Source: Camelus dromedarius (taxonomy: Eukaryota). Taken from it: a stretch of 64,000 nucleotides of DNA. Both the position numbers and the translations under genes were made by a program. The DNA lies in assembly GCF_036321535.1 (NCBI RefSeq), contig NC_087436.1, positions 118,422,001 to 118,486,000 on the forward strand. The letters are read 5' to 3'. Under the pieces are notes generated by a model. It saw only the letters and a list, made by a program, of their open reading frames with translations. It did not search any database and had not been told where the DNA came from. Positions 13,601-28,600 of the stretch are shown here, in pieces (positions within the stretch are counted from its first letter, which is position 1; each line of letters starts with the position of its first letter).

Positions 13601-16600
13601 GATGGATTACATTTAAAACTCTTACTTGAAAAGATAGATTTTGCTCCGTCTGGAGATTAGATGAAGGTAATAGGAAAGAAACTATAAGATGGAATATTTA
13701 AAGATGACTTCAGAAATGAGATAAACCTTGGATGGCAGCTAAGTCATCTTTCCACCCAGTGCTCAGGTTTCCTCAATATCTTTCCTGCCCGGAGAGGGGG
13801 GCGTCCAGCCTCAACTCTGCACACCCACGGTGATGGGGGGCTACCTGATTCTCTGGCAGGGTCTCCACTGAGGGGGAAGCAGGTGAGCTCTGACAGTCTG
13901 ACTGTCTGAAAAGCCTTCTTCATAATCAGCTAAAAGCCACCTTCCTAAAATTCCCATCATTGTCCCAAGTTCCACCACCTTCTTCGTGACGATCTTACAG
14001 ATGTCTGACAATTGTGAGCCCATGCACGAACTGTCTCCAATCTGGGGCAGATGACAGGGTTTACCATGAGCAGCAGGAAGCTGGCAAAGGGCTTCAGCAA
14101 CAAGTGTTCCAGTCAGGGTCCCTAAGAAGCCCTCTGGCTGGTGTGTGGAGAGAGGACCGAGGGTCAGGGATGGACGTGAGGTGAGCACAGGTGCCCAGTG
14201 GAGACATGGTGATGGCTGGACTTGTGTGGTGCTGGTGAGACAGAAAATGGGAACCCCAGGACAGAGAGATGAGAGACCCTGAGGAGAGGAAGTGTCAGGA
14301 TGCCGCCCACAATTCACCTGGCCATTTGCCTGCACACGGGGGACTATGAATGAGGATTCCTGGTTAAAGATGAGGAGGACCTTTCAAGGACAACAAGCTG
14401 CCCACATGGAGATGGACGAGGTACTGGTTTCCTGGAGCTAATGTAACAAAGTGTCACAAACCGGATGGCTCAGGACCACAGAAATGTAGTGTCGCAGCTC
14501 TGGAGGCCAGGGCTCTGGATCAAGGTTTTGGGCCACGCAAGAGGCAGGAAGCAGTGCCGGGGGATTAAGGCTCTCAAGAGCATCCTTCCGCTGGTGAAGG
14601 CTTAGAGCTGCAGACGAACGGTCCAGAGACAGAAGGCTGGAGGGTTTGCAGTTTCACACAACCTTTGTGACTTTGTGAGTCAGCCCAGAACCAACTAGAG
14701 GACGCACGATTTGGGCACACTGGTCTCCAGCAGAAGTTCTCAAACTATTAGGCATCAGAATGACCAGAATGACTCCAAGTCATATTAAAATGCATCTTCC
14801 CAGGACTACTCACTTAGCTTCAGAAGGAATGGGAACTCCTCAGAAGGAATTCTGAGGCCTGCCTTGACAAAGTACCACCACCTGAGTGGCTTAAAACAAC
14901 AGAAATTTCTTCTCTCCCAGTTCTGGAGGCCAGAAGTCTAAAATCAAGGTGTCCACAGGGTTGGTTCCTTCTGAGGACCAGGAGGGAGAATCCACTCCAT
15001 ACCTCTCTTGGCTTCTGGTGCTGCCGGCAACCCTTGGCCTCCCTTGGCTTGTAGATGCATCACTTCAGCCTGTGCCTCTGTCTTCATGTGATGTCTGTCT
15101 GTGTCCAAATTGCCCTCTTCTTACAAGGACATCAGTCATGCTGGGTGAAGGCCCATCTGAATGACTTCATCTTAACTTAATTACATCTGCCAAGATTCTA
15201 TTTCCCAGTAAAGTCACATTCCCTGGTACTCAGGACAGGACTTCAGCATATCTTTAGGAGGGGTACAAAACTCAAGCCATAACAGCAATCTCCCAAGAAT
15301 GGAAATCCCTCACTGTCAATGAGATATCCGAGTAGAAATGGGTTGACCACTTATTGTGTGTGTTAGAGAGAATAATTCTCTGGCCCTGAATTTAGACCAG
15401 ATGACCTCTAAGAGCCTTTGTAGCATTAAGAGTCTAAGATTCGGTTCTCCCAGGAAAGCAGGAATCACACTATACTTGGAGTTAGCTAACAGATGATAAG
15501 CAATTTGTGAAAATGGTTTTCATCCCATGTCTGTTCTTCCCCCCGGTTTACAAGGGTGTACTATTACATAACCAAAAAAGGTCTCTCCTCCACTCACTGA
15601 TGCGTACAAATAAAATGTGCCCTTCGTTTCCTGTTTAACCTTCACCACAACCCAACATTTCAGGATGACCACCTCCCAGGTCCATCATCCTGGGAGCCCC
15701 AAGGGAAGTCCAGCTCCTCACGAGAGCAGCCATCACCGTTTCAGGGGGTGAATGAACTTCTGGGCTTTTTATCATCACACCTGCAGAGAGTTGAAGACTT
15801 TTGACTTCTGTCCTCTTTGCCTTATGTGCACTGGACACAGTCACGGTGCTGATCCACGGTGCTGGTCTCTGACGCCGACTGAGCACTGGGGATCACTTCT
15901 CCACTTCCTGGGACGGGCGCTGATTACAGGGCAGAAACTGTGCTCAGGGCAAGGAGACGCAGCTTCAGGGTGCTCAGCCCGGTATGTAATCACATATTTT
16001 TCCATGGGATTCTCTGATGAACGCCCCTCTCCCTTACTAGGATATAAACCCCAGGGGCAGGACCCGGCCTGCTGGGCTCCCAGTCGCCTTTCCAGCCCCT
16101 CGTCACCTACTGTGGACTGAACACCTGCAGGGCATGCATGGGCCAAGCAAGGAATAAGGAGTCGGGAGTCACCGAGGAACTGCTGTCCATTTCTGCAAAA
16201 TCCAGGAAGCTGAGCCACGGAAAGAAACCATGGGGCTCAAAGGGCAGAAGAGAGTCAAGAGCTAAAGTGACCGGAAGTGGGTGAAACACTCACGATGAGC
16301 CAGCACCCCTGTTCTCAGGCCCGGGCGTGTGAGCTCGTGAAATCTCGCCTCCCGGGGGCTGGGCACCGGCGTCATCTCCACGTTCAGATGAGGACACCGA
16401 GGCACGGGGAGGGGCGGGGGCGGTCAAGGTCACCAGATGATGAAGCAACAGAGCCAAGCCCTGGGGGAGAGCGTTGCAACACAAGCGGTCCAGCGCTCAG
16501 CCCGGCCACCTCCTCTGCCAACCAGACAAGGAACCACAGTTGCCTCTTCAACACAGGAGAAGCTGTCAGACACACATTAGAAGAAAAGGGCAGAAAGAAA

Positions 16601-19600
16601 GCTCCAGGGAGGGGCCGCGGTTTCCCATCAGACTGACGCAGGCAGAAAGATCAGCAGTCCGCACGACCAGGGCGTGGGCAAGAGAGGCTCCCGTGCACTG
16701 GGGGTGTCCGGCCTCTGCAGCGGGCAAAAATTTTTTAAAATACACATTAATGCAGCAATGCGACTTGGAAGAATTCATGCTACGGATGACCTCCCACATG
16801 AGCATAATGGGCCCAGATAAGCCCTGCAGCACCATCGTCCGAGGGGACAAAGGGCTGGACACGACCCATCCCCTCCAGTGAGGGGCTGTGCAGCACGGTG
16901 GTGGAGGCTCTGGGCCCTGAACTCACATCCTGTCGGCCCCCCACCGCTTGCCTTGTGACCCCCGGGCAAGTGACAAGTTCTCTGCTTTAGTTTCCTTGCA
17001 TATAAATAGCACTTAACTCAGAGGCTGCTTTGAGGAGCAAATATGTTAATGTAGATAAAACAATCAGAGCAGTGTCTCACTTACATTAAGCTCTCAAAAA
17101 CTGCAGTTATCATCAGTGTTACTGGAATGTTAGGCAGCCACTTAAAAGAGCAAGGTAGTCCTGTAGGTAAAGATGTTCAACCATCTCCAGGACGGTAGCA
17201 CAGTGGGAGGGAAGGGAGCAAACAGTGAGTGAAGTAGCCGTCATGTTGCATTCTAATAAAGGAGCCTACGTGTAAACTTGCTTATGGGCAGAGATGATCT
17301 CCAAAGGATACACGACATGGGTGATGGACTGCCTTTGCCTTCGGGGATGACAACCCCAGGCGATGAGAAGACAACGTGATTTCCACGGTATGGCCTTTTA
17401 TGCCACTTTTATGTCATTCTAATTCTTTGCCATGTAGACTATTTACTATTCAGAAAATTGAGTCAAGAAACAGAAAAAAAAAACAGCAAACATGGGCATT
17501 CTGAGAGTCTGGGACAGAATGAGTCTCTGGGCTGCTTCTGACAACCCTCTTCTGGCTGCTCTCTGTGGCTGGTGCCAGACCAATGTGTACAGTGACGTCA
17601 AGACGGTACCCCAAGACAGGGCCAAAAAAGTCTGCGAGAAGCACCATCACCCCCAGAGCAGCTGGCCCAGCTCACCTGCCAGCACGCACATATTACTTCC
17701 TGTTTGTGACTGGTGTCCATCACTGACGCTGACTGATCTCAGTGGCCAGGGCTGGGGAGGGACCACATGCGTCTTCCCTCTGTTGATGGCCCTTCCTGAG
17801 TGGAGGCTCCGGGAGTGGGAGTGATGGAGGACTGGGGGAGGGACCTCAGACCTGGAGCAGGGATTCCCTGTAGTCAGTGTCAGGAAGAGGCCCGCCGTGT
17901 CCAACTCTGGGGCTGGTTATGCCTCCAGATAAGGCCACACCCTCCAGCCTGGCTTCTCTAAGTAACAAACGTGATGGGTGACTTTTCAGGCTGGTCTGGA
18001 GAAGATGCCTGATGTATGTCTGATTTGCCAGCTGGCTCAGAACTCGGTGGGGGGAGATGGGAGCTCTTTACAGACCCCTCTGATACATCCAACTGTTGAG
18101 ATGATTCCTTTTATGTCTAAGAAATTCCTAAGAGGATGCCTGAACCTTGTGGTCTGGAAGGTTGTGTGGGGAAGGTGAGGCGCTGGGTCAGTGAGCATGG
18201 CCGTCACATCCTGTGAAGGTTAAATGGACCACTACAAGTCACCCAAACACAGAGGGCGCTATGGTGGGCGTGGGACCACTCAGTGGGGGTGCTGTTCCGT
18301 GATCATCCCACCTGCACCATCTCACTGCGCTGAGTGAGAGCTGTTCCTCCCAGCAGACCGTGGGCATCTTGGGTCCTCGCTTTGCTTGGCTTCCTCTCCA
18401 GCATCTCACCCAGCACGGCGCCAAGTACTCAGTGGGAGCTCGGTAAACACTTGCTGACAGAAGGCATTTGTTGGACACAGAACTTCTCCAACAAACCCTC
18501 ACCTTGCTGAGAAGATGAGTGCGGGCTGCCATGGAAACCAGACTGGCGTTATCGCCACTCTGCACTGCTTGGCAGCTGTCTCCTTGTGTCCATCATAAAA
18601 ACCCTGCACCAGCTTGACAGGCACTGGTGGAACCCAGCAGCGACGCACAGGGGTGAGGCTGCTCAGGTGGCCTGTATAGCACGATGCTTGGCCATTTGGT
18701 GCTCGAGGTGAACTTGATCCTCCCAGAAATCTGGGAACAGCCTAGACATGAGTTAGCCGTGCGGGGGGCTGGGGTCAGGAGGGAAGGGAGGGCCCATGAG
18801 CCTCTTCCCCAACTCCTTCCTGTGTGTCCAGCCTCCTGAAGTCTCTCCACGCCTGGTGAGGCCATCACACTCCCTCTCACACCCACACCCACACACATCG
18901 CTCCCCTGCCGAGAACACCCCCATCCACCCACTTCCCGACAATGTCCCTGTGACCCTCCAACACCCAGCTCTAGTTTCACCCGCTCGTCCGTTCGCAAGA
19001 CGGACACAGACGCTCACCTAGTGCTGCCAGACCCGCCCCTGCCCCAGGGCTCACGGTCTGACGTGGAAACAGACTCACAACCTGAGCGTCGCAAAACCAC
19101 GTGGTGAGGGCCCGTGGAGGCCCAGGGACAAGGGCACGCGGGACTCTCGTTTGTGTCCCCACGGTGTCGCAGGGTCCTTGACACATAGCAGGTGCGTAGT
19201 CAATACAGAAAGGGAACAATGAAAGAAGAGAAAGGGAAGACGGAAGAGAGGGAGGGGGAGGTAAGGGCCTCCTCAGAGTCACTCAGAATTGGGGGAGAAA
19301 AGAGCCGGGAGTTATTTACTGGCCTCCCAAACCTGCCACCGCCCCACGAGTCCCCAGCGCAACACGCAGCACCAGGTCCCCAGGTGAAACTATTCAAGGC
19401 CACAAGTATTTCCCGAGCCCCTGCCCCTGCCGGCCGCCCCCTCACCCCACTCACTCTGAGGGAAGCGGGCGAGCTGCCCCAGTCACAGCAAGGCCGCCCC
19501 CACTTGGACGGGGCCCCTCTCCCTCCCGTTGCTCAGTCCAAGAAGAATCTCCATCAAATGGTCTGCAGACAACGAGGAAGCACCGGGGACACCAGCCTTG

Positions 19601-22600
19601 GTGTCAGAAGAGCTGGGCTCCCGCACCAACCCCTGCCTTGCTCAGCATCTCCAGCCCAGATTTCACCTGATAACAGACCTGCACATCTGCCTGCCTGCTT
19701 TACCCCTCCATGCTGGTGTCTCAAAGGCATATTTTAGTCACCAGGCCCAAAACTAACTTCTAATCTGTTCCTCAAAACGCAATCATCTTGGGAATTCACG
19801 CCACATTCTCCCCGTTGCTCAGGCTGAAATGTAGGCACCATCCTTAATGGCTTTTTTCCCTCATACCCAACTCCCAAACCATCGGCAGGTCCTGATGAAT
19901 CTCCCTCATTCATTCCTTGATTCCACACACACATATGAAGCCTGCAGGATGGATGTCGGACAGACCTGGATCCCAGGGGGTCCAGTTTGAGTAACAGTGC
20001 ACCTTCTCCTAATCTTTGTTATCAAATTAACCAACAGAAGTTGGAAAAAATATATTATATGGTGGGTCTGTAAAAAAACTACTCAATATAGACAGACCTC
20101 GTTTTATTTTGCTTTGCTTGACCAAGCTTCACAGAGCCTGTGTTTTTAACAAACTGAAGGTCTATGGCAGCCCTGCGTCGGGCAAGTCGCTCAGCGCCAT
20201 TTTCCCACCAGCATTTGCTCATTTCCTGCCTCTGCGTCACACTTTGGTAATTTTCACAATCTGTCAAATTTTTTCATTATTATTATAATTGTTATGATGC
20301 TCTGTCATCAGTGACCTCTGATGATACTATTATAACTGTTTTCAGGTGCCACAAACGGTGCCCATACAAGACAGCAAACTTAACCGATAAATGCTGTGTG
20401 TCCTACCTGCTCCCTCTCCTCCAGCCTCTCTATTTCCTGAGACACAACACTGAAATGAGGCCAATTAATAACCCCAAAGTGGCCTTTACATGTTCAAGTG
20501 AGAGGAAGAGTTACACATTTCTCACTTTAAATCAAAAGCATTTTTTATCTTCATAGCAGCATTATTTACAAGAGCCAAGACATGGAAGCCACCTAAATGT
20601 CCATCAACGGATGGCTGAATAAAGAAATTATGGTCTGTATAGATACACAATGGAATACTACTCAGCCATAAAAAAGAATGAAATAATGTCATTTGCAGCA
20701 ACATGGATGGACCCAGAGATTATCATTCAAAGCAAAGTAAGTCAGAGAAATACAAATATCATATGATATCACTTATATGTGGAATCTAAGAAAAGCCCAC
20801 AAAAAACCTTATTTATGAAACAGCAACAGACTCACAGGCACAGAAAACAAACTTATGGTTACCAAAGGGGAAAGGGCAGGAGGGATAAATTAGGAGACTG
20901 GGATTAGCAGATACAAACTACTGTATATAAAATAGATAGACAACAAGGCCCTACTGTAGAGCACAGGGAACTATACTCAATATCCTGTAATAAACCATTA
21001 GGGAAAAGAGTCTGAAAAAAAAAAAAACATATATATATATATATATATACAACTGAATCACTATGATGTATACCAGAAACTAACACAATATTGTAAATCA
21101 ACTCCACTTCAATTTAAAGAAAAAGTATATTTAGCAGTGAATTATTTTTAAGGTATAAATGTTGTTTTCTTAGATACAATGCCACTGTCCAATTAACAGA
21201 CTACAGTATAATATGAACATAACTTTTACATGCACTGAGAAACCAAAAAATTCATGTGACTCACTGCACTGTGGTGGCTGGAAGCAAGCCTACACTATCT
21301 CCTAGGTGTACCCGGACAAGAATGCAAAAGCCTCAGTTCGGGGGGAAGGTATAGTTCAAGTGGTAGAGTGCGTGCTCAGCATGCACAAGGTCCTGGGTTC
21401 GATTTCCAGCACTGCCATTTAAAAAAATAATTAAATAAATAAATCTAATTACCTTCCCCCCAAAATAAACAAACAAAAGCCTCAATGTTACAAATACTCT
21501 TTGAACACCCACCTTGTACAAAACATAATTCTGAGGCCGTTTACAAGGCGATGTTGGTAGCATCAAAAGACAGCAATGAGCCCACCTTTAATCACAGAGA
21601 AAGTAAACACAGGCTGGCCTTTCTTATTTTTCTTTCCCTCTCTAGGAAAATCTAAGCTCAATCTTTAAAAAGTTGTTTGAAAGCGCTCAGGCCTGGACCC
21701 AAGTCCACGACCACTTGTACGACCTCAGGCAAAACCAATGAACCTTCCTGAACACCAGCTTCCTTGGGAAACTTGCTGAGAGAATGAAATAAGATGGCCG
21801 GCGCGACATACTCGGCGGGCGTGAGGGCCAGAGCAAGACCGGAGCTAAGACCCTGCGGCATCCCGTGCCTCCAGAAGCTTCCGGGACCAGCCAGTGCCCT
21901 GTTGCTCCTCCCTCCTCCCCCCACGCCTGGGGCTTGAGCCGCTTCCATTAGGGCAACAGGGAGGGAGTCTGACAGAAATCAAAGGAAATACTCCTTCCTC
22001 AAATCCTGTCCATAAGAGGCAGCCCATGAATAAACGATGTAAAAGACAGACAACCTGGCAAACCAAGGAAATGCTCTGTCAAAAATAAATCAGCAAGACA
22101 GGGCAGAGCAGCGGCTCTGATGGGTCTCGGAAATGAGGTGACAATCAAATCACCAAATGGTATGTTTAGAATCCCAGCTAAACCTAATGGAAGAATTACA
22201 AATGGGATCCATTATTTTCTAGAGAAAAGTGCTATTTTTGGTGGGGAGATTATCACAGAGTCCCAAGCTCCTGACACTCTGAATGACAGGTTCTTTCTGG
22301 GAGCTTCTACACCTGACATAAGTCAAGATGGAAAGATTAAAAGTAATTGACAGTGCTACAATTTTTCAAACCATCACCCAGTCCCCAAATGAGCATCCAA
22401 CCACAGTGCCTGAAACAGAGCTGGTTTTCAATAAATACTGAGTGTTGGGATGAGGCGGGGGGTAGGGAGGAGCTGGCAGAGGGGAAGGGAGGAGGACCCT
22501 TAGCTCTCCAGCTGGGGGCTTTCAGATCATGCATGGTAATCATTGTGCAACACTCTTCAGGCAAAATACAATTGGTTCCCAAGAAGAAATAAATACAAAA

Positions 22601-25600
22601 TTCCAGCCAGAGCTACTAAGTGATTTGCAAGGATAAAATCTTGGTGAAGCTTAATATCCTTATCGCATTTGAGATAGGAGGGCAGGGGGCAGGGCACAAG
22701 GATTAAAAGAATGACACAGCCATTAGCACCAAGATGGCAGACGATTCCACTCCCAGGAGACCTTGAGCTTCATTATAGGCTCATTGTAATACAGTAGCTG
22801 CCAAATGGCCCTCCCACAGGTGCCAGGACGGCTCAGAGGCTGACCATAAGGGTCAATTCCTAGGAATCCCAGCCCCTTCCCCAAAGCAGCTGGAATAACC
22901 CTCCCCCTTGCTAGGATATGAAATAACCGCACTCATAAGCACCAACAACCTCACACCTCCTCGGGCCTTTCTCCCGCCTTTTGAGATGGCCCTCACTCTG
23001 TCTATGGACAGTGTATTTACTTTCACTTTAAACCAAACACCTACCCCCACGCCTCGTGGCCTCTCTGGCCTTCTGAGAGGGCCTACACTTGGTCTGTGGA
23101 GTATGCATCTCTCCGAATCAATCTGCCTTCACTCTGCTCTGGCTTGCTCTTGAGTTCTTCCCTGCGAGAAGCCAAGGAACTCACTTGGCTGGACGCAGTG
23201 GTCCCAGGGACTCGCCTGGGAAACCTGGGACACCTGGGACACAGCCATCCTCTCAGCCCCCTTTTTCCTGAACCACGTTCACAGCCCAAAACCAGCAAAT
23301 GGCAGCGGCTGAGAATAATTTCATAAAACATTGGGAGAAAGGAAGATGTGCTTCTCAAAGGTCATCACTTCTTGAGTCTAAAACAAAGCCGGGATGACCA
23401 ACACTTTCCTATTTTACAGCACTAACGACGCAGGTCAGAAGGTGATGGGGCATGGCCTTCTTGCAAATTAAATACCTGGGTGCTGATCACACAAATCAAG
23501 TCCTTTCACTTTATTACTCATTTCCAAGTATTGGAAGAAAACAAACTTTTAGCTACGAAATACGTTGGTGATCCCCTGCTCCTACCACTTACTATCATTG
23601 GAAACATTTATTACTCCCCACCAGGAAGCAGCCGCCCCCCCCCCCCCCACCCGCCTGTCCTTCCTTCGCCCTCTCGGACAGTGCAGTGAATTTTAATTTG
23701 TCACCCTTGGCATTGTGATTAGGGAATTAAGCTAAAATGAAGGATCACACCTGAATGACCACAGAAGCCTGACACCCAGAAATGGATTCACAGGCCCGGT
23801 TCCCAGCTGGGTGCGAGGTCATCAAGGCAGTCACAAAGCTGACGGGCTGGCCCTGCCTAGAGGCGCTCACTCAGCTGGGAAGGAGCCCCCTTCCAAGCAG
23901 GAGGAAAGGCCCTCTCTGCTGAGAACGCCCGCTCGGCTCACAAGGCGCTGTGAGCCAGACACAGCGGAGCTCCCCTCCAGCTCGGTGAGCAGTCCCTCTG
24001 AAGAGGAGGCCACTCTCTGCTTCTGCTTCTGCTTCTAACCTGGGCCTGTCTCTCCTCACCGCAGGACACCGCTAGCAGGTTCCAGGAAACAGGGTCACAG
24101 GGCTGCTCAGCTTTGCCTCTGGAGCGCCTCCATTTTCAGCTGCTGCCTGCAACGGTCTGGAGAAAGACTCAAGGAAGTGCTGATCGTCTTGAACGCTTCT
24201 TGTTGGGATCTGCTCATCTCCCTTTAAATCTGACCCAGAGGCAACGTTGCTGTAAGGACGCTATCATACGTCTCTTTTGTATCGCTACACTTTACAGTGT
24301 CCCCCGGCGGTGGGTCACAGTTTCCCCAGATAAGCAATAATGAAACTGAGGTTCAGAGAATATTTGCAAAATCCAGTGTGCCCGATGTTAAATACTGAGA
24401 AAGCTCAAGTCCTGTTCTGTCACTTACTAGATGCGTGACTACAGATAAACCTCTCGACTTAGCCGAGCAGCAGATTCTTCAACTATCCAATACTGAAAGC
24501 TAGATGTGCAATAGAGCATCAGTGTAAGGACCAGGTTAACTATGGCATGGGAAAGAGATTGTACATTTTTATACGCTGCACAAATACACAAAAATATAAA
24601 GCATTAGAGCTTATCAGCATGCTGATGACTCTAAATTCACGGCAATGACTCCCCAGGGGGAAGTGGGCAGAAGACGCTCTGCACCTTGACTCTAGAATCA
24701 GGAAAAGTTTGTTGTACATGGCATCCAGTCTGAAGGGTTCCAACATGGTCCCATTATTAATAATAAGAAAGCAAAAAAGGTAAAAACGAAATGCTGCTAT
24801 AACCAAATGAGAATCCAGTCCCTTCAGATGGTGTATTTGGCATAATCTTCCAAAGATCTGTGCCCCAGATTCAGCATCTAACTGCTGTCATGAAGGTGGA
24901 CCCCCTCTGTCCTCCATGCTCCTGGACACTTCTGCAATCTCGGGATCTACTGAGAGGCTGGAACTGTTGGGTGCCCCCACCTTTCCCCCTCAAAAATAAA
25001 TCAATAAACTAACAAACAAAACCCAGAACCCTGGGGAGTCATCTGAGATTTTCCCTTCCCTTCAAGTCCACCGTTCCCACCCTACATCACACTTCGACAT
25101 CCCCGACCCTAGTCTCCCCACTCTCCCTTCTAAGCCATTTTCTATTTGCATCCAGAGTAGTTTTTTAAAACACAATCTACTCATATTGAAAAAAAAATTC
25201 CCTGGGTCTCCAGTACCTACTGTGGAGTCTGACATCCAGAAATCTCTGTGACCCTGCTCCTCTTCTCCATCCTAAGCCTTCACTTAAGTAGCTTAACCAA
25301 GGCCACATGGTGTCACAGCCCAGATTTAAACCCTGATCTAACTCCAGGGACCATGGTCTTAACCAATGCACTTGGTGGCCCTGTTGCTTTATGCTATTTT
25401 AAGCCATGCCTGTTTCCACATCTACATTGGAAAACACAGGGTCATACGCTGCCACTGACAGCAAGGACTGAATCTGGTTCATTGCCCAGAGGACGGTTTA
25501 CACAAAGATGGGATCTGTTCCTATTGAGGGTGGCCAAGGTAAATTTGACAAACTCTCCCACTGAAAACAATTAGAAAAGTTGGACAGAAACAAAATCTGT

Positions 25601-28600
25601 TTGAAAGTATCTGAGGGCTAACAAGGCAGTAAATAAACATGAAGTCAAGATCTAGGAGCACCAGGAAGCTCAGAGAGTCCCATATTTGGGGACACTGTTC
25701 CTAAGAGCATCTGGTAGATCTAGAAGAGGCAGGGGCTGAAAAGCTGAGCAGAATTTCCGAAGATGAAACCTGGAGTTCAAACACTGCTGAGGAGACATCA
25801 CCATGATGAAATCCCTTGGCCTTCTGGTTGGTATTCATACCTCAGGAGTAAAGATGTACCAGAAACAGACCAGACCTTGAAGGAAATGAAGCCCGACTTT
25901 GAACGAACTCCATCTCTGATTAGATCGAGGTAACCCACAAGCACACCCTTAACCACCTGGAAGAAGGCAGCAGCATCCTAGTCTTCAAACTGTCTTCTCA
26001 GTTTTCATTACAATGTCTGGGACACAATCAAAACTACACAGGCATACAAGGAGACAGGAAAGTATGATCACAAACTAAGAGGAACAACATGTAGTAGACG
26101 CCAAACAGGGGTAAACACAGTCAAGTTTTCAGATGGAGACATAAAAATAATTCTGCTTAATATGTTTGAGGAAACAAAAGATGAGATTGAGAATTTTGGC
26201 AGCAACTGAAAAAGGGAAACATAAAGAAGTCATCTGTCAACATTTGTGAACTGAAAGAGGGAAAAGCTAAAATGATGAATTTTAGAGTGACAACCAGGAG
26301 ACTGTGAGCCATGTGCCTGGCAGGAGAAACCACGGTCAGCGCAGGACCCTGACCAAGAGCATGTATCCCGGAGCCACACTACGTGGGTCTGAAACCTGCT
26401 CTCTCATTTACTTGTGTGTGCCCTGGGGCAGGCTCCTTAACCTTGAGTCCTCATCTGTAGGATGGTAAAGACAGCAGTACCTGCTTCCTAGGGTTGTTAA
26501 GAAGATTGTAAGTATTTGTAAAGTTCTCAGAACCACATCTGGCTCTATGTTCTGTTACACATACATAGAAATTATAAGTATTTGTTAAATACATAAAAAG
26601 AATGGGTATAGTGGAGGACATCAGCATCATGGTGGAGTGAGACATCCTCTCTGTCTCCTCCTTTAATCCATAACCAGTAAAACACCCACAGTACAACAAA
26701 GGGGCCCCTGCCTAACAGGATGCCAGAAAATTCCACACATTTGTACATCTAAAGGTGAGTAGACTGGCACACATAGTGGAGGCAGAACTGGGGGAACAGC
26801 AGAGACGGTGCCTGCAGTCCTAGCCCCCCAAGCCATGCCAGATGAGCCCCCAGCCCCAAACATCCCAGTAGCAGCAGGGGGAGGGGATGCACAAGACTCT
26901 GATATTCCAGCCGCAGCAGAGCCTTTAGCCATAAGTAACTGGCCAGCAGTGGCAGTGGGGTCTCGAACCCTGTTCTCCAGCCACTGAGGCACCCACAACT
27001 TTGCTCCCCACTCCCAGCAGATGAACCCATGAACCTCACAACACTGGACATGGTAGAGGTGCCTGCATGAAGCCAGCTCCCCCCACCCTCCCCCTTCCCC
27101 TGTGGTGACAGAGCCTGCAACTCAGGGGTTTCCAGACGAGCCCTCCATCCTGGTGTCCCAGGAAGCAACACCAGTGACAATGGCGACAGCAAGGTACCAA
27201 CAAACTCAGAGGCACAGGAAGCGATAATGAGAGCACGGAGCCACACCTCTGACAGCGGCAATGGAGGATGGGAAGTGCCAGCTCCTGAATATAACTAGAG
27301 GCAGCTCAGAATCAAGCGGAAAGGTGTTCAAGACTACAAGTGCACTGGCAGAGGGACATTTCATCGAGCGTCATGCAGAACCACAGCAACATTGCACCAC
27401 AAAAAGAAAATGTCAATTCTCCAGAAACCAAGCTTCGAGCCATGGAATACTGAGATCTAACTGATAGAGAATTCAAAACAGCTGTCAGGAAGAAACTTGG
27501 CCAGCTACAAGGAGACCCAGAAAAGCAGTTCAATGCGCTGAGGAATAAAATGAATGCATAGAGGGAATACTTTATCAAAGAAATTGAAACTCAAAAAAAG
27601 AACCAAATTGCAATTCTGCAGCTGAAGAGCTCATAAAGGAGGTAAAGAACGCATTGGGAAACATTGGAAACAGAGCAGCCCCTATGGAGAGGACTAGCGA
27701 GCTCAAACACAGAGATCTAGGAATGACACAGGTAGAAGAGGGAAAAGAAATAAGATATTAGAAAATGGGGAACGTCTACAAGAGCTATCCAGCTCTTTTA
27801 GGAAGGGCAACGTTAGGGTAATGGGTATCCCAGAGAAGAGAAAGAAAAAGGAGTGGAGAGTTTATCTTGAGGAATAATAACTGAGAATTCCAAACCCGGG
27901 AAAGGAATTGGATACACAGTCTATGCAGCTAAGAGAACACCTAATTACCCCAATGCAAAAAGATCTCCATGACACGCTATATTCAAATTGTCAAAAGTCA
28001 ATGACAAGGCAGCCAGGGAAAAAAGATGGTAACCTACAAAGGAACCACCATTAGGCTCTCAGCAGATTTCTCCAAAGAAACTTTAAAGGCCAGGAGGGAG
28101 CAGAATGACCTCCTCAAAATACTGAAAGACAAAAAATGTCACCCAAGAATACTCTCTCCAGCAAGGTTATCATTCAGAGTTGAAGGAGAAATAAAGCCTT
28201 TCTCAAACAGACAAAAGCTGAGGGAGTTCATCACCACTGGACCTATCTTATGAGAAATGCTGGAAGGAGTTCTTCTACCAGAAACAGAAAGGAAAAGTAC
28301 TCAAAAGTTTGAGTAAGGTGACAGAACCAGAAAATTGTAACTCTTTTCCAGAATAGGTTTTAAAACACTTTATTATAACATAAAAGTTAGAGAGAGGGAA
28401 AAAAGCAGAAAAAATACTGGTAACTACTTCAGTCTGGTAACTCACAACATAAAAATGGATAACTTGAGGGGAAAAAAACACAAAAGGGGAAGAAAAAAAA
28501 AGATGGACTCTGTACACATAAATGAAGATAAGATGCTATCAGCAGAAAAAGGACTATTTTATCTGAAAAGTTTTATACAAGCATCACGGTAACCACAAAT

